A stretch of DNA of 36,523 nt from Methanobacteriota archaeon (GCA_011046235.1 DSAX01000105.1:1-36523), one strand, 5' to 3'. Counted from the first letter of the stretch, positions 25,307-34,697 are shown. The notes: generated from the letters alone by a model not told the origin. Program-made: numbers and translations.

Positions 25307-27175
25307 TCAGTCGACGATTCTGTAATCAGCGTCGACAACGCCGCTGTCGTCTCCGCCCTTATCAGAGCCGCCGCCTCCCTCTGTCGGCCCTGGGCCACCA
25401 GCTCCAGGACCGCCGGGCGCTCCAGGTCCAGCCTGCTGATACGCCTTTGTACCTGCCTCCTGGAGCAGCTTGTTCAGCTCGTCTACCAGCTGCTTGATCT
25501 TGACCGCGTCACCCGAGGGAATCGCGTCACGGAGCTCCTTCGCCTTCTCCTTGATCTTATCCTTGAGCTCCTCTCCGATTTTCTCCGCGAGCTCGTCGGC
25601 CAACTTATCCGCGGTGTAGGATGCGGTCTCCGCCTGGTTCTTCAGCTCCACGACCTCGCGGCGCTTCTTGTCCTCGTCCGCGAACTGCTCAGCCTGGTGT
25701 ATCATATTATCGATGTCCTCCTTGGACAGCTTCGTCGCCGCGGTTATCGTGATCGCCTGCTGCTTCCCGGTCGCGAGGTCCTTCGCGGAAACGTTCAGGA
25801 TGCCGTTCGCGTCGATGTCGAATGCCACCTCCACCTGGGGCACCCCTCTGGGCGCGGGCGGTATGCCGACGAGGTTGAACCTGCCGAGCGAGGTGTTGTC
25901 CCCCGCCATCGGCCGCTCCCCCTGGAGCACGTGGATGTCTACGGCCGTCTGGCTGTCCGTCGCGGTGGTGAATATCTCGGACTTCCTGGTAGGTATCGTG
26001 GTGTTCCTCTCGATCAGCCTGGTGAACACTCCACCGAGGGTTTCCACTCCGAGTGAAAGTGGGGTGACGTCGAGCAACAGTATGTCCTTCATCTCCCCGG
26101 ACATGACCGCTCCCTGGATCGCCGCGCCGATCGCGACGCACTCCATCGGATCGACGCCTCTGACGATCTTGGGGCCCACGATGTTCTCGAGGAATTTCTG
26201 CACCAAAGGCATTCTGGTCGGCCCGCCGACCAGTATTATCTTGTCTATCTTTTCTGGAGTGAGCTTCGCATCGCTCAAGGCGGTGTCGATCGATGTCTTG
26301 CACTTGTTGACGATCGGGTTCACCAGGTCCTCGAGCTTCGCCCTCGTGATCTTCATCGTAAGGTGCTTCGGACCGGTCTGGTCCGCGGTGATGTACGGCA
26401 AGTTGATCTCCGTCTCTATCGTCGAGGACAGCTCGACCTTCGCCTTCTCGGCCGCCTCGCGCAGCCTCTGCATCGCCATCTTGTCGTTCCTGAGGTCGAA
26501 CCCCTGCTCCTTCTTGAACTGCTCCACCAGATAGTCGACCAGGACGTTGTCCATGTCGGTGCCGCCGAGCTGCGTATCCCCGCTCGTCGATATGACCTCG
26601 AACACGCCGTCCCCGAACTCCATCACGGTGACGTCGAGCGTGCCACCTCCGAAGTCATACACGAGTATCTTCTGGTCCTTCTCCGACTTGTCTATGCCGT
26701 ATGCGAGTGCCGCAGCCGTCGGCTCGTTTATGATTCTGACGACCTCCAGCCCGGCGATCGCACCGGCGTCCTTGGTCGCCTGGCGCTGGTTATCGTTGAA
26801 GTATGCCGGGACCGTGATGACGGCTTTTTCGACCTTGTCCCCGATGTAGGCCTCCGAGTCCCTCTTTATCTTCTGCAGTATGAACGCCGAAATCTGCTGC
26901 GGGGTGTACTCCTTACCCCCGATGCGCACCTTGTGGTCCGTCCCCATCTTCCTCTTGATCGCCATCACGGTGCCCTCGGGGTTGGATACAGCCTGCCTTC
27001 TCGCGGGCTCTCCGACGAGCACTTGTCCATCCTTGTCGAACGCGACCACGGATGGAAACGCCTTTCCGCCTAGTGTCGTACCCTCGGCACTCGGTATGAT
27101 GGTGGGCTTACCATTCTCGATTATTGCTGCAGCCGAGTTGCTGGTGCCGAGATCTATTCCCAATATCTTTGCCAT
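25307..27175 (-). CDS. dnaK: molecular chaperone DnaK (Hsp70)
   Basis: Motifs [30 protein letters not shown] and [10 protein letters not shown], with a Gly-rich C-terminal tail. GGAGG lies 9 nt upstream of the ATG. Confidence 0.95.
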   Translation of the reverse strand: MAKILGIDLGTSNSAAAIIENGKPTIIPSAEGTTLGGKAFPSVVAFDKDGQVLVGEPARRQAVSNPEGTVMAIKRKMGTDHKVRIGGKEYTPQQISAFILQKIKRDSEAYIGDKVEKAVITVPAYFNDNQRQATKDAGAIAGLEVVRIINEPTAAALAYGIDKSEKDQKILVYDFGGGTLDVTVMEFGDGVFEVISTSGDTQLGGTDMDNVLVDYLVEQFKKEQGFDLRNDKMAMQRLREAAEKAKVELSSTIETEINLPYITADQTGPKHLTMKITRAKLEDLVNPIVNKCKTSIDTALSDAKLTPEKIDKIILVGGPTRMPLVQKFLENIVGPKIVRGVDPMECVAIGAAIQGAVMSGEMKDILLLDVTPLSLGVETLGGVFTRLIERNTTIPTRKSEIFTTATDSQTAVDIHVLQGERPMAGDNTSLGRFNLVGIPPAPRGVPQVEVAFDIDANGILNVSAKDLATGKQQAITITAATKLSKEDIDNMIHQAEQFADEDKKRREVVELKNQAETASYTADKLADELAEKIGEELKDKIKEKAKELRDAIPSGDAVKIKQLVDELNKLLQEAGTKAYQQAGPGAPGGPGAGGPGPTEGGGGSDKGGDDSGVVDADYRIVD

Positions 27176-27197
27176 GGATTTCTACCTCCACTTCTTC

Positions 27198-27208
27198 ATA
27201 TATTTATT
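27198..27208 (-). promoter_or_regulatory. possible internal TATA box (minus strand AATAAATATAT) in the grpE-dnaK spacer
   Basis: An AT-rich motif centred about 28 nt upstream of the dnaK ATG. It coexists with an SD motif that only a read-through transcript from grpE would use. Confidence 0.3.
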
Positions 27209-27234
27209 GATTATCGTGAACTGTCCAGATCGTG

Positions 27235-27846
27235 CTAATTTTCGTCATCCCGTGGATCCTCCGGACATTCCTCCACGGTCTTATCCGCCTCACTTGCCGA
27301 ATCCCCGCTTCTCCGACACACGACGACCTTGGCGGGTCTTATGACTTTGTCTCCCATCATGTATCCTTTCTGGAGGCAGTCGATAATGTCGTTGTCCTCC
27401 CTACCCGGTTCGTCAGTTCGGTTGACCACTTCGTGCTGGAACGGGTCGAACTTGCATCCGGTGTCTATGAGCGTTACACCCTCCCTCGCGAGTATCTCCC
27501 TGAGGCGGTTGTATATCATCTCCAGCCCCTTGGTCTGTATCTCCGTGTCTTCGGATTTCGCCCTGCTGTTCACCAGGGCACGTTCGAAGTCGTCCAACAG
27601 GGACAGCAGCTCCCTCACCACGCGCTCCGATGCGAGGGCGGTTATCTCCCTCTTCTCCTTCGCGCAGCGCTTCTTGTAGTTGTCGAAGTCGGCCTGCAGG
27701 TACTTCATCTTGCTGAGGAGCTCCTGCTTGTCGTTTTCCAGATGATTGGCAAGCGCGCGGAGATTTTCGGGCTGATCCTCCTCTTCCATGTCGTCACCGT
27801 TTTCGGGTTCTTTTTCCTCATCATCGGATTCGACCGGTATGCGCAA
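27235..27846 (-). CDS. grpE: nucleotide exchange factor GrpE
   Basis: An acidic N-terminus, then the coiled-coil KYLQADFDNYKKRCAKEKRE and a GrpE core (LLSLLDDFERAL, FDPFQHEVV, LQKGYMMGDKVIRPAKVVV). The TTG at 27846 is preceded by GGAGG with a 7-nt spacer. An alternative ATG is at 27789. Confidence 0.85.
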   Translation of the reverse strand: MRIPVESDDEEKEPENGDDMEEEDQPENLRALANHLENDKQELLSKMKYLQADFDNYKKRCAKEKREITALASERVVRELLSLLDDFERALVNSRAKSEDTEIQTKGLEMIYNRLREILAREGVTLIDTGCKFDPFQHEVVNRTDEPGREDNDIIDCLQKGYMMGDKVIRPAKVVVCRRSGDSASEADKTVEECPEDPRDDEN

Positions 27847-28097
27847 TTAATTTCCTCCCGGGTGCAAAATCGAGTTACTCAGATCTGCTTTCGTCATCCT
27901 TTCTGAAATGCTCAGATCAACCGGCTCTTCGATGCGATAGCAGAGAGACGATGTCATTCGCAGTCAATCTCCTCGTTTCCCGTCCCAGGTGAGTCCAAAT
28001 CCCATATCCCAGTTCCCCAAGCCGGGGCTTATCCGAACGTTCCTGATCTGACCGGTTTGAATGGGTTTGGGAAGGGGTTTTGGTGGAAGGATGTCTA

Positions 28098-29744
28098 TCA
28101 GAAATCCTCGTCCATTCCGCCGCCTGGTCCTCCCATTCCGCCTGGACCACCTGGTCCTCCGCCTCCTTTCATTCCCTTGGAGGCTATGACATCGTCGATC
28201 CTCAGGATCATGACCGCGGCCTCGGTCGCCGAGCTGATCGCCTGCTTTCCGACCCTGATCGGCTCCAGAACCTTCTCCTTCTTCATATCCACTATCTTCC
28301 CGGAGTATACATTGATTCCAGCGTACTTCTTGCCGTCCTTGTGCGCCTTTCTCAGGTCTATCAGCACGTCAATCGGGTCCAGACCGGCATTCTCCGAGAG
28401 CGCTGTAGGCACTACCTCCATCGCGCTCGCGAAAGCCTCGATCGCGATCTGCTCCCTGCCGCCAACGGATGTCGAGTAATCCCTCAGTTGCAATGCGATC
28501 TCCATTGCGGTAGAGCCGCCTCCGGTCACGAGCATCCCGTCCTCGAGCCCGAGAGATACTACGCTGACCGCGTCATCAAGAGACCTCTCAATCTCATCCA
28601 CGACATGCTCCGTTCCGCCCCTGATCAGGATGGACACAGCCTTCGGGTTCTTGCAGCCGGTAACGAATGTCATGTTGTCCCCGCCGATCTTCTTCTCCTC
28701 CACGAGCTTCGCGGAGCCGAGGTCGGCCTTTCTCAGGTCGTCGAGCTTCGTCACTATCCTTGCACCGGTCGCCTTGGCGAGCTTCTCCATATCGGACTTC
28801 TTCGCCCTTCTCACCGCATAGATGCCGCTCTTGGCAAGGTAGTGCTGCGCGAGGTCGTCGATTCCCTTCTGGCAGAAGACCACGTTTGCCTCAGATGCCT
28901 TGATCTTCTCAACCATGTTCTTCAACATGTTCTCCTCCTCTGCGAGGAACGCATGAAGCTGGGATGGGTCCGTGATCTCGATCTTGGCGTCTATCTCCGT
29001 CTTCTTGATCTCCAGAGCTGAGTCCACGAGCGCAATCTTCGCGTCCGAGGTCTTCTTGGGCATACCGGCGTGGACTACCTCCTTGTCGACGATGATCCCT
29101 TCGATCATCGAGGTGTCCTCCATCGACCCGCCCTGTTTCTTCACGATCTGGATATTGTCTTCGTCGACGCTGTATTTACCGTCCTTCTTCTCAGCTACCG
29201 AAAGTGCTGCTTTGACGGCGATGTCCGCCATATGCTCCCTCGAGGCGCTCACGCTCTTGGAGATCATCGCCGTCATCGCGAGCTCCCTGAGCATCGACTT
29301 GTCGTCGGGTGATACCTTGATCCCTATCTTGCCCAGTATCTCCTGGGCGCGTTCCGCGGCCAGTCTGAAACCGGTTGCTATGACCGTCGGGTGAACGTTC
29401 TGCTCTATCAGCCCTTCTGCCTTCTTCAACAGCTCTCCAGTCAGCACGACGGCCGTGGTCGTTCCGTCTCCGCACTCCTCGTCCTGGGTCTTTGCGACCT
29501 CTACGATCATCTTTGCCGCAGGATGCTCGACGTCGATCTCTTTGAGAATCGTGACCCCGTCGTTGGTGATCACTACATCCCCCATGCTGTCCACGAGCAT
29601 CTTGTCCATTCCGCGAGGTCCGAGCGTGCTCCGCACAGCTTCTCCGATCGTCTTTGCAGCGGCGATGTTATTGAATTGGGCGCCCTTGCCCTTCTCACGC
29701 TTCGTTCCTTCTTTGAGTATCAATACAGGTGTTTGACCGAACAT
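28098..29744 (-). CDS. ths: thermosome subunit (group II chaperonin)
   Basis: Motifs [43 protein letters not shown] and [12 protein letters not shown], with a Gly/Met-rich tail [27 protein letters not shown] lies 7 nt upstream of the ATG. Confidence 0.95.
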   Translation of the reverse strand: MFGQTPVLILKEGTKREKGKGAQFNNIAAAKTIGEAVRSTLGPRGMDKMLVDSMGDVVITNDGVTILKEIDVEHPAAKMIVEVAKTQDEECGDGTTTAVVLTGELLKKAEGLIEQNVHPTVIATGFRLAAERAQEILGKIGIKVSPDDKSMLRELAMTAMISKSVSASREHMADIAVKAALSVAEKKDGKYSVDEDNIQIVKKQGGSMEDTSMIEGIIVDKEVVHAGMPKKTSDAKIALVDSALEIKKTEIDAKIEITDPSQLHAFLAEEENMLKNMVEKIKASEANVVFCQKGIDDLAQHYLAKSGIYAVRRAKKSDMEKLAKATGARIVTKLDDLRKADLGSAKLVEEKKIGGDNMTFVTGCKNPKAVSILIRGGTEHVVDEIERSLDDAVSVVSLGLEDGMLVTGGGSTAMEIALQLRDYSTSVGGREQIAIEAFASAMEVVPTALSENAGLDPIDVLIDLRKAHKDGKKYAGINVYSGKIVDMKKEKVLEPIRVGKQAISSATEAAVMILRIDDVIASKGMKGGGGPGGPGGMGGPGGGMDEDF

Positions 29745-29803
29745 TCTTCAACCTCCAAAACGAATATCAACGTTTGAAGCAAATCCTCGTATGTTAGAGC
29801 TTC

Positions 29804-29810
29804 TATAAAT
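29804..29810 (-). promoter_or_regulatory. TATA box (minus strand ATTTATA) for the thermosome gene
   Basis: About 60 nt upstream of the ATG. This fits a leader of about 35 nt carrying the GGAGG motif. Confidence 0.4.
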
Positions 29811-30049
29811 ACATTACTAATCGGACCCGTCCCGATTTCGTCTTGCTCGCGATCGGGTTGACGAAGATGAGCCAGCTCTTCAAAATTATGGCGCAAATCA
29901 AATCATAATCTGTCAGGAATATTAATTGTTCTGAGCATATCAAAACGAAAGCATGGTACCCATATCTAGACGGACCGACATGCGAGATAATTTCAACTGG
30001 GAGATCCCTTCCGAGGCTCGACCGTCGATTGCTTGAGAGGAAAAAATCA

Positions 30050-31480
30050 ATGGCAAAGGGGAGGCTTCGGTTTCTATCGCGAGAGGAGATCGAACGGATA
30101 CACGAGCATTCTATCCGGGTGCTCGGGGAGATCGGGATTCTGGTCATGAGCGAACCAGTATCGAAAATGCTCGAGGAAAACGGCTGCGTAAGATCGGAGG
30201 ACGGCAGGAGGATGCTCATCCCTGAGGAGATTGTCCAGTCGTCTCTTGCATCTGCACCCAAGACGCTCCTGCTTGCGGCTTTGAACCGAGAACATGATAT
30301 GAGGATACCGACCGATGGAACAATGTTCATGGCCAACGGGGGGCAGGGGGTGTTCATCAAGGATCTGCTCACCAATGAAAGGCGCGTACCCACGACCGCC
30401 GATCTAAGGGATTTCGCCATTCTCGCTGAGAGGATGCCGCAGATAGACTACTGCTGGAATATGGTCGGCGCTCTCAAAGAGCCGAACGAACTGAAGGGGC
30501 TGGTCGAGCTCAAGACCGCCCTGATGTACTCCTCCAAGCATTTGCAGGGAGAGGCCATGACGGGGACGGAGGCGAGGCAAATGGTGGAGATGGTCTCGAA
30601 GCTCGTCGGTGGAGAGGAGTCGTTGCGCAAGCGGCCGATTTTGTCCTCCGTCCAATGCCCTATCTCACCGCTATCTTTCGATCTGGGTCTGGTCGAGGCG
30701 CAGGTGGAATTCGCCCGATCAGGGATACCAGTGGTCGCGATGGCGGCCTCCATAGCCGGGCTCACATCCCCGGTTACCATATCGGGCACCCTGGTGCAGG
30801 TCAACGCGGAGAACCTCGCAAGCCTGGTGATATCGCAGACTGCCGCAAAGGGATCACCCTGGATCTACAGCAGCGATGCGTCTCCGCCCGACATGCAGAC
30901 CGGCTCGATCGATTACGGCGCCTTCGAAGCCCCGCTAATCAGTGCGGGAGCGGGGGAGATGGGGAAGTACTACGGTTTGCCGACCATGGTCGGCGGCGTG
31001 AGCCTCGAAGACGAAATATCCGTTTCCCTTGACAACCTGGCAGAGGGGGTCGGGTACATGAGGCTGTCCTCCCTCATCCCGTCGGACCTGGGGTCCGGAT
31101 TCGGCGGGGTCGAGCAGGCCGCGGGCGCCTCTTTCGAACAGTTCGTCATCGATGCATGGATCTGGGAGCTCGCGCGGGAGTTCTCGAGGACGTTCGATTC
31201 CGACAACGAGGCAATCTCCTTCGAAACTATCAGAGAGGCAGCCTTGGACGGCACTTACCTGAACAAGAGGCAAACGATCGAGAGGTACAGGCGGGAGTAC
31301 CAGATCAATGAGAGGTCGGAGATCGATCATGTGCCCTCCACCAAAGTAAAGCCAGGAAAGCTCGTCAAGGAGGCCCGTTCGGAGATCCAAAGACTGCTAA
31401 AAGGTCCGAAGGATCCGATATTGCCGAAGGATGATATCGAGGCGATGAACGCCGTTATAGAAAATGCCAGGATCGGATAG
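30050..31480 (+). CDS. MttB-superfamily (trimethylamine methyltransferase-like) protein without an in-frame amber codon; probable quaternary-amine:corrinoid methyltransferase
   Basis: The N-terminal RLRFLSREEIERIHEHSIRVLGEIG matches MttB-family openers, and the ORF is uninterrupted over 476 aa. The ATG at 30050 is preceded by GAGAGG. Confidence 0.8.
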   Translation: MAKGRLRFLSREEIERIHEHSIRVLGEIGILVMSEPVSKMLEENGCVRSEDGRRMLIPEEIVQSSLASAPKTLLLAALNREHDMRIPTDGTMFMANGGQGVFIKDLLTNERRVPTTADLRDFAILAERMPQIDYCWNMVGALKEPNELKGLVELKTALMYSSKHLQGEAMTGTEARQMVEMVSKLVGGEESLRKRPILSSVQCPISPLSFDLGLVEAQVEFARSGIPVVAMAASIAGLTSPVTISGTLVQVNAENLASLVISQTAAKGSPWIYSSDASPPDMQTGSIDYGAFEAPLISAGAGEMGKYYGLPTMVGGVSLEDEISVSLDNLAEGVGYMRLSSLIPSDLGSGFGGVEQAAGASFEQFVIDAWIWELAREFSRTFDSDNEAISFETIREAALDGTYLNKRQTIERYRREYQINERSEIDHVPSTKVKPGKLVKEARSEIQRLLKGPKDPILPKDDIEAMNAVIENARIG

Positions 31481-31535
31481 AACGAAGTCGGAAATAATAA
31501 ATCTGTAACGAATTTATCGATATGACCCTTTTCAA

Positions 31536-31558
31536 ATCATCGCCGCTTCGGCGATGAT
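31536..31558 (+). terminator. 10-bp perfect hairpin (ATCATCGCCG-CTT-CGGCGATGAT) downstream of the MttB-like gene
   Basis: It lies 56 nt after the TAG stop and is preceded by CCCTTTTC. This is the strongest stem-loop I found in an intergenic region of this window. Confidence 0.45.
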
Positions 31559-31620
31559 GAACTGAAATTCACAAAATAATAAGTATAGTCTCCAACCTGC
31601 GTAACAGATTTTGGAGAGAT

Positions 31621-32241
31621 ATGGACCCGAGAAAAATCGAGCCGCTGCTCTCGTGGATAATCATCATCTGGCTCATAGGCTATGTCATTCTCGCATTCGT
31701 CAAGCTCGACTTCTGGTGGGCGATGGTGGGCATCGCGTCCCTGCTGATCGTCAGCTCGGGCATGATATCCAAGCTCAGCACGTTCAATGTCATGCCGTTC
31801 GAGCTGATCGTCATCCTCATTCTGCCGCTCTATATCCACGCGACTGGTTACACAAAGAGCGCCGAGGACATCGAAGCCTGGAACACCCTGCTGTCCCAGA
31901 CCAGCGTGATGACCTATTCCGTAATCGGGATGTTCCTCATCGCGGAGCTGATGGCCTTCACATCGCTCAAGATGAACCGTGCTTTCGCCGTCATTTTCGT
32001 CACCGTGTTCTGTCTATCGACATCTGCCATCTGGTCCGTATTCGAGTATCTCAGCGACCTCTTCATGGGCACCGCCCTCATCGAATCGAACTACGCGGTC
32101 ATGATGCGTTTCATCTACTCGTTCATCGGCGGTATTCTGATGGGAGTATTCTTCGATATCTACCTGCGCTTGATGCCCGACTCCAGGCTCGAGCGGTTCG
32201 GGCTCAATAATCTGCGAGAGGTGAGCGCCGGTGAAGGATGA
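31621..32241 (+). CDS. integral membrane protein, degenerate paralog of the next gene
   Basis: The 206 aa polytopic protein aligns by eye with the following ORF: PFELIVILILPLYIHATG vs PPELTFVIFLALFLHTMG, and AIWSVFEYLSDLF...FIYSFIGGIL vs VIWEISEFASDQL...LMFDIGGGLA. Confidence 0.55.
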   Translation: MDPRKIEPLLSWIIIIWLIGYVILAFVKLDFWWAMVGIASLLIVSSGMISKLSTFNVMPFELIVILILPLYIHATGYTKSAEDIEAWNTLLSQTSVMTYSVIGMFLIAELMAFTSLKMNRAFAVIFVTVFCLSTSAIWSVFEYLSDLFMGTALIESNYAVMMRFIYSFIGGILMGVFFDIYLRLMPDSRLERFGLNNLREVSAGEG

Positions 32242-32857
32242 GCATCTGCAGATGCTATCGCGGCTCATCCAGCTGAGCTTCGTCGTGATCATCGCGGTCG
32301 AGCTGGCACTGGGCCGGTTCGAATGGATAGCCAGCGCGGTTATTTCGTTGTTCATAACCTTCGTTCCGAATCTGATCAAGAGAAGGATTAGCATTGCTCT
32401 CCCCCCCGAGCTGACCTTCGTCATATTCCTCGCCCTGTTCCTGCACACGATGGGTGGATCACTGGGGCTATACACCTCCACCTCCTGGTGGGACCACCTG
32501 ACGCACTCCTTCTCGGCCTTTCTAGTGGCCTCGCTGGGATTCATCGGAGTGGTCATCATCGACAAGTACGCCGACTCCATCTACCTACCCCCGAGGTTCC
32601 TTTCCTTCTTCATTTTCATGTTAACAATCGCCTTCGGCGTGATCTGGGAAATCTCGGAGTTCGCGAGCGACCAGCTCAGGGGCTCCACGATGCAGTATTC
32701 GCTCGACGATACCATGGTCGATCTGATGTTCGACATCGGCGGCGGGCTCGCCGTAGCGGTCATGGGTCCGTTCTATCTGCTGGGCACTTCTAAGGAACGT
32801 TTTCTACAGGAGATGAACATCGACGAGGCGATTTCCGAGATCAGGTCCAAGATTTGA
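32231..32857 (+). CDS. integral membrane protein, possibly YjdF/DUF2238-like
   Basis: The 208 aa ORF carries the motifs WWDHLTHSFSAF, IWEISEFASDQLRG and SLDDTMVDLMFDIGGG. The GTG at 32231 overlaps the upstream gene by 11 nt. An alternative ATG is at 32252. Confidence 0.55.
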   Translation: MKDEHLQMLSRLIQLSFVVIIAVELALGRFEWIASAVISLFITFVPNLIKRRISIALPPELTFVIFLALFLHTMGGSLGLYTSTSWWDHLTHSFSAFLVASLGFIGVVIIDKYADSIYLPPRFLSFFIFMLTIAFGVIWEISEFASDQLRGSTMQYSLDDTMVDLMFDIGGGLAVAVMGPFYLLGTSKERFLQEMNIDEAISEIRSKI

Positions 32858-32905
32858 ACCGCTCATCTTTTCCCGTGAGAATTGATTGCCGGCCGCAGTA
32901 GTTGA

Positions 32906-32911
32906 TTTATA
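32906..32911 (+). promoter_or_regulatory. consensus TATA box (TTTATA) with leaderless spacing to the ATG at 32939
   Basis: TTTATA starts 33 nt upstream of the ATG, with no SD motif between. The upstream gene is followed by a short T-run (CATCTTTTCCC). Confidence 0.45.
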
Positions 32912-32938
32912 CAGGGTCATTCTACTAATCCCCTCGTC

Positions 32939-33559
32939 ATGAGCGGAAAACCAGGCATCATACCCATGCTCGTCCTCAGAGGCCGCAGCCCGATAAGAAA
33001 GGAGTATTCTAACCGGGCGCTTTCGGAGTTCTCGAAGGAGCTCAGGGAGCGCGGATTCGAGTCAATATACATAGTGGACAGGGACGGGATCGAAAAAAAC
33101 CGCCCGCAGCTGGATATCGTCCAGTCACTATCTGATGATTTCACGATCCTCTACGAGGGAGGCCCCAGGTCCAGCGCGAACATCATCGACATGATAATCG
33201 CGGGTGCCGAGGTCGCGTACCTGGGCACATCAACGCTCAGCTCTCTCGACGAGATCGAGCTCGCCCACGCGCTCACCGAAAACCTCGGATTGAAGATCGA
33301 CTGGGATGACGGCGTTATTGGATACGGGGATGGGATCGAGGGCAGAGGCCTCGAGGACCTGCTAAGGGAGGCAGTCGATTTCGGGGCCACTGACATCGTC
33401 GTACCGTCTGCCATAATCGACAGGTCTATACTCGCGATCCCTGAAGAGATCATCCAGTTGCGCGCGCTGTACTCAGGGGATCCGCAGCGATTACCGGACA
33501 ACCCGAGGATCGGCTCGGTGATAATCGACTATCAGGAAATCCCAGAGGGAACGAAATGA
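32939..33559 (+). CDS. HisA/HisF-related TIM-barrel protein (uncharacterised archaeal family related to ProFAR isomerase)
   Basis: The N-terminal IIPMLVLRGRSPI matches the IIPxIDLxxG-type first strand. SIYIVDRDGIEKNRPQLDIV and ILYEGGPRS are also present. The length of about 206 aa fits. This is a weak, by-eye assignment. Confidence 0.5.
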   Translation: MSGKPGIIPMLVLRGRSPIRKEYSNRALSEFSKELRERGFESIYIVDRDGIEKNRPQLDIVQSLSDDFTILYEGGPRSSANIIDMIIAGAEVAYLGTSTLSSLDEIELAHALTENLGLKIDWDDGVIGYGDGIEGRGLEDLLREAVDFGATDIVVPSAIIDRSILAIPEEIIQLRALYSGDPQRLPDNPRIGSVIIDYQEIPEGTK

Positions 33560-34044
33560 CCTCCGAACTTTCGAAATGCCTTTCGATTCTGTTTCGACAG
33601 AAAGGAAAGGATGTGCTGAGCGAGAGGGAGTTCGTATATGCGGTGTCGATGGACCTGCATTGGTTTCCTCCCAAGGATGCCCAGAGGCTTCTCGAAATCT
33701 CTCTTAAGAAAGGTCTGCTCACGCTGAATCAGGGCCTTCTCTCTCCGGCGTTCGAGCTATCGGAGGATAGCATTCAGCTGGATTATCGGCCGCCCAAGCA
33801 GATGATCGCCGCTGCGGACACCGGAAAGACCCGAGGCGATAATTTGTTTCTGGAATTGGTCCGCAAGATCTCCGCGAGCTCGAAGCTTCCGAAAAAGGAA
33901 ATCGTCTCCTCGATTAACCGAACGCAGGACAAGATGGGCGTGGACGCGGAGGTCGCCGCCCTCGTGATCGCCCGAGGTCTGGGTATCGAGATCGGGGAGG
34001 ATATCGTGCGGGTTGAAGAAGAGATCCGATGCAGAAAGCAGTAG
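33556..34044 (+). CDS. hypothetical protein, possibly the archaeal DUF2240 family
   Basis: The ATGA overlap with the upstream stop indicates translational coupling. LSEREFVYAVSMDLHWFPPKDAQRLLE resembles what I remember of DUF2240. Not verified. Confidence 0.45.
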   Translation: MTSELSKCLSILFRQKGKDVLSEREFVYAVSMDLHWFPPKDAQRLLEISLKKGLLTLNQGLLSPAFELSEDSIQLDYRPPKQMIAAADTGKTRGDNLFLELVRKISASSKLPKKEIVSSINRTQDKMGVDAEVAALVIARGLGIEIGEDIVRVEEEIRCRKQ

Positions 34045-34157
34045 ATGAAAATTGCCATCGGTCATCTTCGATTTTGTCAAATATTCACACCGACTGCAAC
34101 AAGCTTAATACTGTATCCATTGCTATTATATCCGATAAACATGGAGGAGTGCTCCCT

Positions 34158-34679
34158 TTGAAGGATATCGACGAAGTCCCGGATCAGGAAGACAAGCTCA
34201 GGAGAGTACGGAGCTATGTACCAGGCTTCATGGGATACGGTTCCGAGGATAATATTAGGGATGCCGAGCGTTTGATGAGAATCCAGATATCTCAGAAGAT
34301 CGCGCTTGCGAGGAGAGAGCTGGACGTTGCGAGGGAATCGATGCTCGAGGAGGGGTTGAGAGCCGAGGTCGACGAAATAGACGGCGTTATAAACATCCTC
34401 AGAAGGGTCGATGGCGAGATATGCCATTCGGATGCTGGGTACTGTAAATCGGATGGCACCCAAGGTCTCTCCCATAATGACATAGACAATCTCTACGAGT
34501 ACGATGCGAGGTTGCTGGAGCACATGGGCACGATGCTGCGTCTTGCCGGGGAGATCCGGTCGAGCGCAATGGCCGGAGACATACCGATCTCGTTGAAGCT
34601 GTTGGACGACCTCCGCGGTGAGCTCAGTATTTTCGAGGAAATGTTCATCCGAAGGATGAGCGTGATCGGCCGCAGGTAG
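34158..34679 (+). CDS. hypothetical alpha-helical protein
   Basis: The coding-like part starts around LKDIDEVPDQEDKL. I chose the TTG at 34158, which has TATTATAT about 30 nt upstream and GGAGG at 34143. The track ORF from ATG 34029 runs through a visibly AT-rich, non-coding-looking stretch. Confidence 0.4.
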   Translation: MKDIDEVPDQEDKLRRVRSYVPGFMGYGSEDNIRDAERLMRIQISQKIALARRELDVARESMLEEGLRAEVDEIDGVINILRRVDGEICHSDAGYCKSDGTQGLSHNDIDNLYEYDARLLEHMGTMLRLAGEIRSSAMAGDIPISLKLLDDLRGELSIFEEMFIRRMSVIGRR

Positions 34680-34697
34680 AGAGGCGCCGATCAAGAA

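Noticed and set aside
27176-28097. A search for a CIRCE/HrcA operator or another bacterial heat-shock element in the Hsp70 locus.
   Set aside because: I found no TTAGCACTC-N9-GAGTGCTAA-like inverted repeat by eye in the grpE or dnaK upstream regions.
27917-28150. A 77-aa minus-strand ORF in the ths-grpE spacer.
   Set aside because: It starts inside the thermosome C-terminal coding region in another frame, has no SD or TATA box, and has low-complexity composition.
29803-30420. A 205-aa minus-strand ORF spanning the ths/mttB intergenic region and the mttB 5' end.
   Set aside because: It overlaps the well-supported MttB N-terminus on the opposite strand and runs through the AT-rich promoter region. 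It is Ser/Arg-rich with no motifs.
31478-31525. Possibility that the TAG stop of the MttB-like gene is a pyrrolysine read-through.
   Set aside because: Pyl in true MttB sits mid-protein, not at the C-terminus. Read-through would add only 14 codons. TAG also terminates other genes here (larA-like, dnaJ, grpE), which argues against amber recoding.
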